This document shows, one piece after another, positions 14,309-27,264 of a stretch of DNA of 64,000 nt. This DNA comes from Camelus ferus. Taxonomy: Eukaryota. Under the pieces are notes generated by a model. It was not told where the DNA came from. It saw only the letters and a list, made by a program, of their open reading frames with translations, and ran no database searches. The position numbers were made by a program, and so were the translations under genes. The stretch spans positions 33,978,001-34,042,000 of the forward strand of contig NC_045696.1 of NCBI RefSeq assembly GCF_009834535.1. The letters run 5' to 3'. How positions within the stretch are numbered: the stretch's first letter is position 1; every line of letters starts with the position of its first letter.

Positions 14309-14739
14309 TAACTGCCTCTTAGACTGCAGAGCACGTGAAAATAGAATGTGTCCATCTTATGTACAGGAAGTACAGTTCCTTAAAAAAACAGAATATTTCA
14401 ATATAAGTTTTATTTTCAGTTGTCTTACTCTTGATGGAGCTCAGTCATTTTATAGTGAAAAATACAATTAAGGGCAAAAACTTCTGTTTTCTTTTTTTGG
14501 TTTTACAAATCAAAGAACTAAACAGTGCCTAATTGGAGGAAAAGATCATTTATGAGCATCACACACCTCGGCTGGATCACCTTCCAATAATGTTGAGGAG
14601 GAAATCTACTCATTTTGCAATTTTCTGCAAGTGATAGGGTAGGAAAAGATACTTCATGTGGTCCTACCATACAGCATTGTCTGACTTAGAATTTTCACTT
14701 GAATTTCTTAGAAATATGTTAACTCAGGAAATAGCATAT

Positions 14740-15010
14740 AAACTGAAATCTGAAGTATTGATAGTAAAAACAAATTGAGAAAGGCATTCCAGGTTAGAGG
14801 CAGTGTATGCAAAGGTCCTGTGGCAGGAAGGAGCACAGCACATTTGAGGAAATGAAAGATCAGCACAGCTGGAGGGCAATGGTGCAGATTGAGACTGGCT
14901 TGTTAAGCAGAGTTCCAATGATGTTTAGTCTCACAGGTCAATTATGGAATTTGGCTTTTAATACTAAGAGCAATGCAAAGCCACTGAGGAGTTAGGTATG
15001 TATGGGCTGG
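14740..15010. mobile_element. L2 fragment
   Basis: GGCATTCCAGG...TGCAAAGGTCCTGTGGCAGGAAGGAGCACAGCACATTTGAGGAA is typical L2 text. Confidence 0.6.
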
Positions 15011-15721
15011 TGGGGAATAGGGTAGTACAGTGTCATACTTGAAAAGATTACTTTGGCTACAGCATTGCATAGAAGACTGTGTTTGTGTCGTATCCTTGAA
15101 ACCAACATGTTTCATACTGTATACACTTAGACACATATATAATGATAATATATAAAATATTTTTGCCATACTAGATAACATTAATTTCTTTTAATAAAAT
15201 TAGTTGTGAATATAAAACATAAGAAAATTCTTTTCACATATTTTTGCAAAACTCAGTGTTTTGATCAGTTCTTGAAACCATGGTAAAAAATGTATTAATA
15301 GGTTAAGTATGTATGCTAGTATATCCTTTAATTTGAACGTCAAACATTTTTGAAAATTTTTGAAAAAAATGTAAAAATTCTTTTTAATTTAGACTTTACC
15401 TGCTTGCCACATAGTAGGCAAATGTAGTTTTCCCATTTGAATAGCAATGAGTTTTATGTTGGCAGTGTTTTTTATTACATAATTTTTTGCCTACTGTTCA
15501 GATGAGATTTTTCACAGTGGTCTTTATAATATAGATGTTAAGCAGATGGCTTCCGAATGAGTATTTTATTTTTTTCTGGAATACTAACACTTATGTTTCA
15601 TTATGGCAGAATGTATATCTTTAAAAAGCCTGCCTTTTTTTGATGTGTTCCCTTTGGACTTGTTCCATAGTAAAATTTTCATAATTATGTAGCTAACATG
15701 GATCTTTTTATACATTTAAAG

Positions 15722-15824
15722 ACAATGCAGGCAGTTAACAAGAAGATGGATCCACAAAAGACATTACAAACAATGCAGAATTTCCAGAAGGAAAACATGA
15801 AAATGGAAATGACTGAAGAAATGA
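15722..15824 (+). CDS. CHMP2B: CHMP2B coding exon 4
   Basis: tttaaAG acceptor, GTAAGT donor at 15825, 103 nt. TMQAVNKKMDPQKTLQTMQNFQKENMKMEMTEEM, in frame with exon 3. Confidence 0.97.
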
Positions 15825-17804
15825 GTAAGTTTAATAACTTGTAATGAAATTTACAGTTTTTCATCTTTGAATTCACAAGTTTATTGACCAGCAACCTCAT
15901 GTTCTCACCTATGAAGGCCCAAGTGATGAGAAAGAAATGATACAGCTCCCTTCGAGACAGACGTCTTTATTGTAATTTCAGTGTATTTTTATATAAGGCT
16001 CAAAATTCTGTTCACATTTAACTGAAGGAAATTGTAAAATATACTATGCCATATTTCTGTGCCATATTTGCCTCAGCAGTTTTATTTTATTGATTAGTGG
16101 ACCAAAACCAACTTGTGAATAAAATAGGTCTTCCAGGTGTAAGTAAGGTGGTTTCAGGCTTGTGTTGATTCTTTCATACTGTAGATTTGTTTATATTGGA
16201 GGTAGAGATAATGGAGCACTTTCATTCTTTTTTCTTTCTCCCCTCCCAAAGTCTAAATTTAATATTTAGTTTTATCCTTTTTGAATATAAACTACATCTT
16301 TTGGTGGAAATACAGAGAATAAAAGGAACAAAGCATATAAAAAAAATTTATCATCATACCACCCAGAGATATTTATTTATTTTCTGTATTTTCCTGTATC
16401 TTATAAAGTGAAATAATATAATGTATACAATTTTGAATCTTATCTTGCTTATAAAAGACATAGTAGTACATAATATAAGCATATATGCATGAACTTGAAT
16501 TTTCTCTGGTCTTTGTTTGCTTTAATATTACGTAACATTAGTATAGCCTAATTTATTAAACCATTCTTACATTGGTTAGTAAGATTGTTTTAAAATGTTC
16601 AGTGTATTTGATAATCCTTTGATTAATATGTTTTTATAGTATCTTTGTCTGAATTTCTTTGATATTCTTAAGTATTAACTTTTATAAGATTTTTGGCTCA
16701 TGCTTCTAGATTTATCCTGGAAAGACTATACCAGTCTTCATTTCGCCAATAACGAAGGAGTGACCCTTCATAGCCCCCTGGGCAACATTGAGGCATTGCC
16801 TGCATGATATGTCAAAACTGGCCTCATTGTTTCACAAAGATATTTTCTAATTACTTTACAACTGTGTAGGGATATTGCCAGTTTAGCTCTGCTTATCTGC
16901 TAGCATTTTAATTTAACAGTATTTATTGCATAAAATAATACCTAATTAATTACTAGCATTACTAAATTCACCACTGTTCTAGTTTTCCAATTCAGAGTAT
17001 CTATTTTCCTTCTAAGGTTTAATGATACTGTATGTGAATCTTTGATAGTTCCAAAAATTCTTTAGTTTTTACTTTAAACCTTTGTTTTTGAAAAAATGTA
17101 ATTTTTTTTAACATCAGTAAAATTGTAATGACTGAGAGAACTGTCATTGATATAACAATCACAGTATCTAACATGTTTGTGTGGGTTCCAGTGGTGGCAC
17201 AGGTGCGAGCAGATCTCAGCAGAGGAGTGAACTTTCCCATTAAGCTATAATGAAGTGAATCGATATGTGCACTTCAGGCTCGTGTCTGTCACACTTGTTA
17301 TAGTTTGTATTTTAGTTATTGCTGGTTACTTGGTTTTTCAGTAAAGTATATTAACTTTAGTATTTTCATCCAAAGAGAAATTCAAGGTTTTAAATGGACA
17401 TATCTTTTTCCGATTAGAATTATTATTGTATGATGTTGCTCCAAAACTTGTTCACATTCAAGTTTTATAAACAAGATCTTGGGGAAATTTTTATTATATC
17501 TTTGATTAATTTTGTTACACTTTCTCTGAAAGCACTCTTCTGTGTTAAACCCTAATTACACCATTCTGGTGTTTCTCTTCTATCCTTTTCTTTCATTTTT
17601 TTCTGCAAGTACTTTTTTCTTTCAGGCCGTTATGGACTCTGACCTGGACTCTCCACCTCCCTTGTTACGTCACTACCAGCTGAGTGTCAACTGCTAAATG
17701 ATTTTTCCAGAAGTTTACCTCTGAGCATCCCAGTCAGGTTCCCACAGTAATTCTGACTACAAAATAAGATCCAGATCATAAATCAAAAACAAGTTGCTGG
17801 TCAA

Positions 17805-17900
17805 GCCCCTTTGTTTTGTCGTTGAAAACACTGAGGCCCAGAGAGGTAAAATGACTTCCCAGCAAAGTTGCACAGGCACCAAGTGGAAGAATTGAGATGC
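17805..17900 (-). mobile_element. MIR fragment
   Basis: GAAAACACTGAGGCCCAGAGAGGTAAAATGACTTCCC. Confidence 0.65.
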
Positions 17901-18946
17901 TAATTAAAGCCTTAACATTCACTTTACTTCTTCAGAGATTATACTCCATTTTTTTGGCCTTAAGCTCTTTAGCATTTTTCCAAATTGACTTTATACTATT
18001 AAACTAACACAAAAACTCAGATTGTCAAACCATGCTCATACAAATCAGAGATCTTAACCAGTATCAAGCTTTGTAAGTAATGCCAAGGATACAGGCTGTG
18101 AAGATGCACGTGCAGCACAGGGAGAGGGCTTGGGCGTCCCAGACGCTTCCCCAGGTCTCTTCCTCCCGTATTAGACATGAGCTCTTTGACGCAGAATAGA
18201 TGATGTATCTGATAGGTTTCTTATCATCTTAGATTGAAGAGAGCATGTGCTTTAGGAAATAAGTTACATTTATTGCTCAGATGGTCACCTTATGTGATAT
18301 TTTCTAGGGAGTCATGACCTGTAAACCGATAGAGTATAGCTGTAGCAACCCTAAATCTTGGACAGCTTGCTAAGAGCATCCCATAGACAAGGACTCTCTT
18401 GCTAGCAAATATCAGTCTGTTTACCAGGAGCCCAGTTAGCAGCATTCTTACAGAGAGATCAGGCTAGGTTTCTTGTCTTTCTTCCTCTGGGGACATTCCC
18501 CAGTGATTGAGTTAGGTGTGATCACAGGCCAGCTGCTTTAATTCTTTTCCCCTTACACATCTTAAATAACCAAACAGAAGAACTTACTCTTCCTTATTTG
18601 TGTCCCGTCACCCTCCACCCCATCTTTGCTTATGCTTCTCTGTCTCTGTTCCTTTAAATCCTCTGTGTCCTTGAAGGAGCCCCTCAGGTGATACTTAACC
18701 CCCAAAAGGAAGAATGTAATCTCTTCCCTTTGAAGCTTTATAATCATTTACCTTTCCATTTATCACAATCTGTTTTTTAATCTTTTTCTTCTCTACTTAA
18801 GTGTAAACTACCTAAGGTCTTCATTTTTCCCATCTGCTCATCAATTTTATTGTACTATGTAAATTTACAAAGTTGGGCCTTCTTCTAAAAATAGAAACCC
18901 AACCTGAAATCTGTTTGAAAGTAACTGTTTTGTTCCCCCCCTCAAG

Positions 18947-19053
18947 TCAATGACACCCTTGATGACATCTTTGATGGTTCTGATGATGAAGAAGAAAGCC
19001 AAGATATTGTGAATCAAGTTCTTGATGAAATTGGAATTGAAATCTCTGGAAAG
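18947..19053 (+). CDS. CHMP2B: CHMP2B coding exon 5
   Basis: ccctcaAG acceptor, GTATGA donor at 19054, 107 nt. (I)NDTLDDIFDGSDDEEESQDIVNQVLDEIGIEISGK. Confidence 0.97.
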
Positions 19054-19258
19054 GTATGAACATCTAATTTTTCTCATTCAGAAATATTTTCTCTACCACT
19101 TTTGTCACTTAATTAAATTTCCCTTTATGTTAGGTGCATGTTTTCAATATTTGTTTGGAAAGTAAATTAAACCTCTTTGCAGCACATCCTTTATGTTCTA
19201 ACCCAAAAGTTTGATAATATAATGCACATTTTTTTCTCTTTTCCTCTTTTTAATGTAG

Positions 19259-19369
19259 ATGGCCAAAGCTCCATCAGCTGCCCGAAGCTTACCATCAGCC
19301 TCTACTTCAAAGGCTACAATCTCCGATGAAGAGATTGAACGGCAACTCAAAGCTTTAGGAGTAGATTAA
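19259..19369 (+). CDS. CHMP2B: CHMP2B coding exon 6 (last), includes the VPS4-binding MIM helix
   Basis: Long T tract + gtAG acceptor. MAKAPSAARSLPSASTSKATISDEEIERQLKALGVD, then TAA at 19367-19369. Confidence 0.98.
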   Translation: MAKAPSAARSLPSASTSKATISDEEIERQLKALGVD

Positions 19370-20925
19370 TCAAAAAAAGCCATTATATTTTGCCTATCAT
19401 AATTTAGTATAAACCAGGCACAGTGCAGATTCCTTTTACAAAATACATTTATTTTGCAAAAATGAAGACCATGAGTAAACAGTTGTTTCCTAGCCCATGG
19501 CTATTTTGAATCTTTTGCCAAAGAATGACAATGATGCAAAATGGAAACAGTTTGGATTTTAATTAGAACTGTTTGGGGGTGATGATGTGTAAAAAGTTAA
19601 CTTTTCTGCATGGCATAGAGAATTATATTCATTACTTAGTGTTGTTTATGTTCTAAATCTTTTTACACTGAATACAAATTTTGTTAAAGCCACTAGGCAC
19701 CAACTTAAAGAGACTTGTAAAAATATTAAAAGTAAATCATTAATTCTGTATCTGTTACTTGTCCTTTGTAAGTGATGTGTTATGACCACAGGCGATTCGG
19801 CTGCCAAATTATTTTTAAATCATCTAAAAGAAGAGTGCTATTTAAACATCTGTCTTAAACAAAAACCATTATGAGCTTTTCTTCTCTCTTTTTTTTTTCC
19901 TTTGGGAGAACATTCTAGTTGGTAAGTTTATTACCTTTCAAAATATTCTTGGCACCTGCCTTAAACAGCACAAACATATTGTGCACATATTTAAATTATT
20001 TTAACTGACAGTAAAGAATTACAATTTAAACTCAAATTGAAGCCTCTTACAAAAATTATCCAGGCTCTTTTTTGTAAAGCTTATAAAAGTGAATGTAATT
20101 AGCAAAAAAACAGACACTGAATTAATAGCATTTTATAGTAATAAAACAGTATATTTTAGTCTTTCTTCCAAGAACTGAAGAGATTTTCTCCACATGAATT
20201 AGAATTTAGTCACTTTAACTTTGAACCGTGTTTAAGATGTATTGAACCCTCTAAATCGAAGCCATCATTCCCAATTAAATAACACTGCTGTGACAGAACT
20301 CAACCTAAATTTTAAAATAAAAATTAGCATTTTTTTCTTGGTAAATAAACTACAACCATGTCAGAAATTACTGCCTGAATGTGTATTAATGTATTAGCTG
20401 TATTTTTTAAGGTGAAGTTGCTATGGTATTTAATGTATGTATGGAAAGTAAGAGGAAAGAAGAAGTGGCAGATGAGTTAGGTAGAACTTAGAATTAGGTG
20501 AGTTTTGAAAAATGATGTCATATGTGGGCTCTAGCTCATCCCACCACAAAAACTCTGGAAGAGATCTGATAGTTGTAACCCCGTTAATTTGGGAGAATGG
20601 TTATTTCAGACTAATAATGATAATGTAGATACATTTTAGGATTAGTACACATGGCATATGGATTGGTGGGAAAAACAAAAACTGAAACTGTATAGTTTAT
20701 AATCCATAAACCATTTTATAATGTTCAAAGATAAGGTTCCTTTATTGATAGTATCAAATACAGTTACCCTGCACCATGATGGGTCAGAACCTTTCATGGG
20801 TTATGGGATGTTAACCCAGAACTTGTTTTGAATCTTGGATGTACATAATAATGCCAGCTAACTTTATTTACTTTCTTGTTTACATGTGGGGTTTTTTGTT
20901 TTTAAAAATTATTTTGTTAAAAACC

Positions 20926-20931
20926 AATAAA
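20926..20931 (+). terminator. CHMP2B: Probable distal CHMP2B polyadenylation signal
   Basis: AATAAA with upstream TGTA and U-rich sequence, followed by U/GU-rich downstream sequence (about 20948-20980). Implies a 3' UTR of about 1.6 kb. Confidence 0.7.
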
Positions 20932-21482
20932 GATTTATTGCTATTATACTTTTTTTTCTTCTGTTACTATTTTTTGGTTTCTGCTAAAGTTAAAAATTTT
21001 ATGCATATCTGGTAATTTTTCAAAAGAATGATTTTTATTACTTTCTTGGAAGGACAAATTACTGTGCTATTTGTGTTTTAATAGTAATTGCTTTTTTAAG
21101 AATTAGCACTTGGTAAGGACTGAGATTTATGAATGGAATCATTTTAAGGATTGATGATTTCACATGAAATTTATTGGATAATATCTTCTGGAACTTCCAG
21201 GGGATAACTTTTTAAATATTATTTTTAAACAGGTCTTAGTGGGTTTTTTGTTTGTTTGTTTGTTTTAATTTCAGTCAAACATGGATGCCACGGAAAACTT
21301 TGGGATCCAAAGGAGAGAGTAGAGTCTTCTGATTTGGCTACATTTATAAAATGCTTCAGTGGCACTTTTCACAATCACTATAAATTTGTGATGTTATGGT
21401 ATCCTTTGCTAAAAACAAAACTTTATTTTGATTCCTTAAGATTAGGAAACAAGGATTTTTATACAGTGAGTTTAACAAATAT

Positions 21483-21652
21483 ATTTTTTTTAATATTTTA
21501 TTTATTTTTATTATTGTATTATTTAACTATTTTATTTTGGCATGGGGGGAAGGTAATTATACTTATTTATTTTTAGAGGAGGTACTAGGAATTGAACCCA
21601 AGACCCTGTGCATGCTAAGCATGCACTCTACCACTGAGCTATACCCTCCCCC
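21483..21652 (-). mobile_element. Vic-1-like camelid tRNA-derived SINE
   Basis: - strand GGGGGAGGGTATAGCTCAGTGGTAGAGTGCATGCTTAGCATGCACAGGGTCTTGGGTTCAATTCCTAGTACCTCC, with A box, B box and an AT/A-rich tail. Confidence 0.85.
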
Positions 21653-23951
21653 GAAAATGTTGATTTTTTTTAACTTGATTGCCCTCATTTCCTACTTTTG
21701 GCAAAAAGATTTCATTAACAACTGTATTTAAACAAAAAGTTACCAATAAACAGAGGGCAGAGTTTAGCAATTTCTCTGTCACTGAAAGGAATGCAGCGCA
21801 ATATCATTCTGTTACGGGGTGTAAAAGTCATGGATGGAGATTTCAGAATATCAGAGAAGTCGAATGTGATTCGAAAATGTCAATACTGATGATAATAACA
21901 TCTTGCCGTAGAAAACATGAAATCACTGCCTGTCAGATGATGGTGTTGCACAGGCTGTCCTCTGAGCTCTGAGGGAACACCTGGTCATGGCAGGGGAAGT
22001 GGACACGGGTTCGAGTTTGTGACCCTCTAGAGCAGAGTGCGGGATTGCGGCCAGTGAGCTTTATGTTATCTGACCTGCACAGTGATGGGTATTTTATTAT
22101 GTGTATTTGAGTGCCTTTAGGAGAAGCCTGCACTCTCCCCTTGGCCACATGTACATTCCTTACTAGCCCAGTATCCACACTTCTAGCCTGCCCTTAGTGG
22201 TCCTCATTTAAATATGTACTCCTGTGTCAGACACTCTTACGTTAAAAGGGATGAATGTCCGGGTCTGAAAAGAGACCTATGATGACTTTCTCCTCTAATG
22301 CCATTACCTACATGAATACGGTTTTGAAGCTACAGGAAAACAGATAAACATTCCAATTTCCTCTCTGTAGAAGCTGAGTCCCATAAGGTGTGACCATTTC
22401 TATAACCTTAGTTCCTTCAAGAGTCAGTTGAGTTGAATTTGTTTTCCAGGAAGCCTGGGGATGATGAAGTCTGATTTCAGGTACTCGACTGTTGGAACAG
22501 TACACACTCTCCCCCGTCCCCACCAAGCTACCCTCCCAAGAACTTGAACACAACACAAACACATACACAAACCTCCTGTCCCCAAACACTGAAAATATTT
22601 CTTTTAACTAACCAAATATCTCCACCATTAGAGACGGAAAGGTAAATTACGTGAATGAATTTCTCAACCACCCCTACAGGGTAAAACTGAATGTACCAAT
22701 CTGTGTAAGTGGAAAACAGATCTTTCCATTTTAATGGAACTCTACTGAATTTCTGAAGATTTAGCACAAGAAGAGCTCACAAAAACGGAAAGGCTGTGTG
22801 GCTAAAGTCAGCTTTTGATGTTTATTCCCAAACTTATGAACACATAGATACTGCACAGTAAATTACATCTGTCATTTGCTTAATTGTGCCTTAGGATTCT
22901 AAATAACATTAGTCATTTTCTAGTTTTTAGACTAATACCTATTAAAATATTATGTCCATATAATTAGAAAATAGAGGCTCAAAACTCATTTATACAAATG
23001 AGTTAATAGTAAATACCAGCACATTTACAACTAGTGAATAGCTAAATAAGAAATTGCTATTTCAATATTAAGTATTGATTCAAAATATTTTTTAGGGAGA
23101 AAAATTGTTTTCCAATGTTACTTGTACCTAAACTTGAAAAGAAAGACCTATGAATGAATGATATTATGGTCTAAGCATGCATATGTAATGAATACTAAGC
23201 ATATATACATGCTTGTTTTTGCTGTATATAAAGTAAGATTAAACAGACCCAGCAGATCCATATTTTAAGTGCAAAAAGTCACTATTCTAGATTTATATTG
23301 CATTACATTTTGCTTGTATTTGCAAGTTTCAAAGACATGCATGTATGTATTTTTATGTGTGTATATATATACATTCTTCCCTGCCTTTTGCAAATTAAAG
23401 CATCACTTCCCCAAGTAATATATTTTTTAAGTAGGTGAAATATCAAGAGAAAAGTACTTGTAAATCCACATAGCTGACTAATTGGGAATTTACTCTTAAA
23501 TAAGAAAAGCCTTTATATATATATATATATGGTATATGTATATATATATGGTATTTAACTCCTCTTGGGTACAAGCTGCATGATTATACATGGCTGATTA
23601 AGCTACTGAAAACTAAATTTTTTGTTGTTAATATATCAAAGTTTCTAGCCATCCAATTAATGCTGAGTATGTGTGCACAGACATATATGATCTGCATAGA
23701 CTATGGCTTGTGTAATGCATGGTCTTTATTAATATTATAAAAAGCAAGAGACTGGACAGTACAGTTTATTTAGTAAGCATTCTAAACAATAAAATTTGAT
23801 CTAATTGTTCCAGTTTTGTTATATAAAATGTTATATAAACATTGCCAGCAGATTTACATTCAAAATGCAAAAAAAAAAAATTTACTATTTGATAGTGATA
23901 TCACATTACATAGTTTGCTTCTACCTACAAGGTTCAAAGAAATGCATTCTC

Positions 23952-24090
23952 TTTTTTTAAATTGAAGTATAGTTGATTTACAGTATTATGTTAATTTCAG
24001 GTGTACAACATAGTGATTCAATATTTTTATAGATTATACTCCATTTAAAGTGATTATAAAATACTGGCTATATTCCCTGTGCTGTACAGT
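23952..24090 (-). mobile_element. Short 5'-truncated L1 3' end
   Basis: TTTTTTTAAATTGAAGTATAGTTGATTTACA...GGTGTACAACATAGTGATTCA...TATATTCCCTGTGCTGTACAG. Confidence 0.8.
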
Positions 24091-24905
24091 GCACATTCTT
24101 ATAAATTAAATAAATATGTTCCTTAAGGTACAATTCCCTGAATTGCAAAGCTCAATATACCAAACTTTTTTATTAATAGTAAATCATATTCTAACCAATT
24201 AAACCAAAAGTGATGGTCTTTTCTGATAGGACCCCAGATGATTTTCTAGTTAGAGATATTCCAAAAATAAGTTATGTTATTAAATTAGGCACCCTTCAAG
24301 TTTGTAGCCATTGTTAAGAGCACATCCCTTTGTTTATGTAACAAAGATCGCATGCTCACTGTGATGAGATGCTTTCCCGGACGCCGGAGAAACCACAGCA
24401 AACAACACGGACATCTCCCTTGCACCGTTGCAGCTTACAGAAATTGTAGTGTGGCCCAAGAATCCATGGAGTGTACTTTCCATAGCTAAACATCAAAAAG
24501 GCTAATGTCTGGGAAAAATAAAAAGATCATAAATTAATATTTCTACAAATCTCTTTTGAAACACTTCTTTGGGCTCTATGCCATGAATGTTAACTTCAAA
24601 GGTGTCACTTCTGATTAAGATTTATTCCTACATGCAATAATAAAATTCTAAGGCACCTCTGGTTCATAAGTGCAAAACTTTTAGTTCAGAAAAACTATTA
24701 GAGATGATGCAAGCAGGATGTCAGTTAAGGACTTTTCTGATTGGATCCTCTCTGGTGATATTCTTTATGTGACATTACTGCCTGAAACAAAAAAGCAGAT
24801 TTATAGCCTTTGGAAAAAGAACCTTTAAACTAGAAGACCCATGTGCACACTCATGTGTATGTGTGTGTGTGGAGAGAGAGACACTGGGAGAGAGAAAATC
24901 ATTGT

Positions 24906-24911
24906 TTTATT
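24906..24911 (-). terminator. POU1F1: Candidate proximal POU1F1 polyadenylation signal
   Basis: AATAAA on the - strand about 215 nt past the stop codon, followed by pyrimidine-rich sequence. Further AATAAA hexamers lie downstream (e.g. 24621-24626). Confidence 0.5.
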
Positions 24912-25124
24912 CCTTTTAGTCTTTGGCTTAAAATGTACAATGTGGCTTCAGAGAATAATTCATCAATATAATTTAAACTGTATTTTTGAAAATAGAAAAG
25001 GATAGATTCTACAAAAGTTACTGATATTTTTTTTTGAAGCTAACCAAATAACTAATTCTATTTTGGCTAGAGAAGAGAAAGGAATGAAAAAATAGAAAAC
25101 CTGGCTATTACATGACAGGAAACC

Positions 25125-25400
<276 letters not shown>

Positions 25401-25596
25401 TCAAAATTAAGTTAGGTTGAATTTCCTAAATAATAACATAAAAAGGAAACTTAAAGACTCTGAAAATACTGTCAAAGCTCTTCAACAAAGATAAATGTTC
25501 AGTTTGTTGAACATATAGAGGCTTAACTACTGTTAGCAGAGTCACAGGAAGAAATAAGAAAGTGGGAGAACCCAGACTTTGTGTTTATCCCACTTT

Positions 25597-25615
25597 GTGC
25601 CACAAGAGGGCACTG
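25597..25615 (+). promoter_or_regulatory. CTCF-like motif in POU1F1 intron 5
   Basis: GTGCCACAAGAGGGCACTG fits the CCASYAGRKGGCRC core with one mismatch. Confidence 0.55.
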
Positions 25616-26184
25616 ACTTCCTGAGAAGGAAATAATTCTGTAGGCATTTCTAAATTTCCCCCAGAAATCATTTAGGTTACTTACAAGAAACGAAATCTTT
25701 AGTGTACCACTAACCGACCAAAACAAAACCTGCATTTTATCAATTCCTAAGTGAGCCTCTGGATTTTAGAAAAAGATCAATGAACAATCTTTCTGGTTTG
25801 AAATGCAGGGAGTCACCCTGGACTTAAAGAGACAGAAATACTGATGACTGATAACAACACAGATATATTGCCAGAGCAAGACCTGTACTTAAAAGGACAG
25901 TAGGAACAGTCACTCCTCTGGAAGTGATTGTTCAGTTTCTGTTTTATTCGACACTTGCAGAACAAAACTGTTCTTGAATCAAACAATACACAGTTTTCCA
26001 TCAAATTTAAAAATTTCTAGCTATTTCCCACCATTAATTTATTAAATATTATGCTCTTTTTACCAATCTTGTTTTTTCAATTGACTCTATTCATTTTTAT
26101 GTTCTATTGCGTTTATGCTTAAATGTTCATTCTATCTGTAAGATTCTTTTTCTTCTCTAGAAACTTAATATCTCAAAAGTATAC

Positions 26185-26245
26185 CTGATAGTTGTTCTCC
26201 GTTTCCTTTTCCTTTCATTTGCTCCTACTTTCTCATTGTATAAAG
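26185..26245 (-). CDS. POU1F1: POU1F1 coding exon 5 (linker and start of homeodomain)
   Basis: catcacAG acceptor, CAG|GTATAC donor, 61 nt. ALYNEKVGANERKRKRRTTI. Not in the ORF track; read directly from the sequence. Confidence 0.97.
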
Positions 26246-26895
26246 CTGTGATGAGAAAACAATGATTACAAAAACAAAGTAGGTTTTTGTTTTAAACTGT
26301 CAGAACTGTACTTCAAGTTTTCTTTATAAAATGATGCGAAATAAAATCACCGTATACCTTTTTTAAAAAATTATTGTAGTCTACATCATTTTATATTCCA
26401 AGCCCTAGATTAAAATGTTAATGAGAAATAATAACTTTGCAAAAACAATTGTCTTTAAGTCATATCCCTACCTTACTTTTGTTGGAACACTTGCTCTAAA
26501 TGCTCTCAAACCTTGCTCTTTATCCAGCCTTGACATCAATATAAGAGGATCATTTTATCATATTTAAGTGCTCATCTGGCAATAAGCTTATGTTATTCAC
26601 TAGGAAGACGGTTGTGCAAGCGCTCTGGCTGCACTGATATGAGGTTATAAAAATGATTTACGTACAATTACTACAGCACATAGCACAGAGGCAAAAAGGG
26701 AAAAACTCTGCACGTGTTGGAAAAAATTATTTCACCGCTTCAAACCTGTGCCATGCTCTCTAGAAGCTCTCCTTCTCCAGTTTATTCTCTCACTATTTCC
26801 TTTCCCGGTAAATTTCTTTCTACACTTGCATTGGCCTTACTTGTTTCTAGTGTGACGAAAGAAGACATTTATGTCTCATCTCAAGAGAAAAATCA

Positions 26896-27264
<369 letters not shown>

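Noticed and set aside
21575..21652. tRNA gene
   Set aside because: The tRNA-like head continues into a SINE body and A-rich tail, so it is a SINE.
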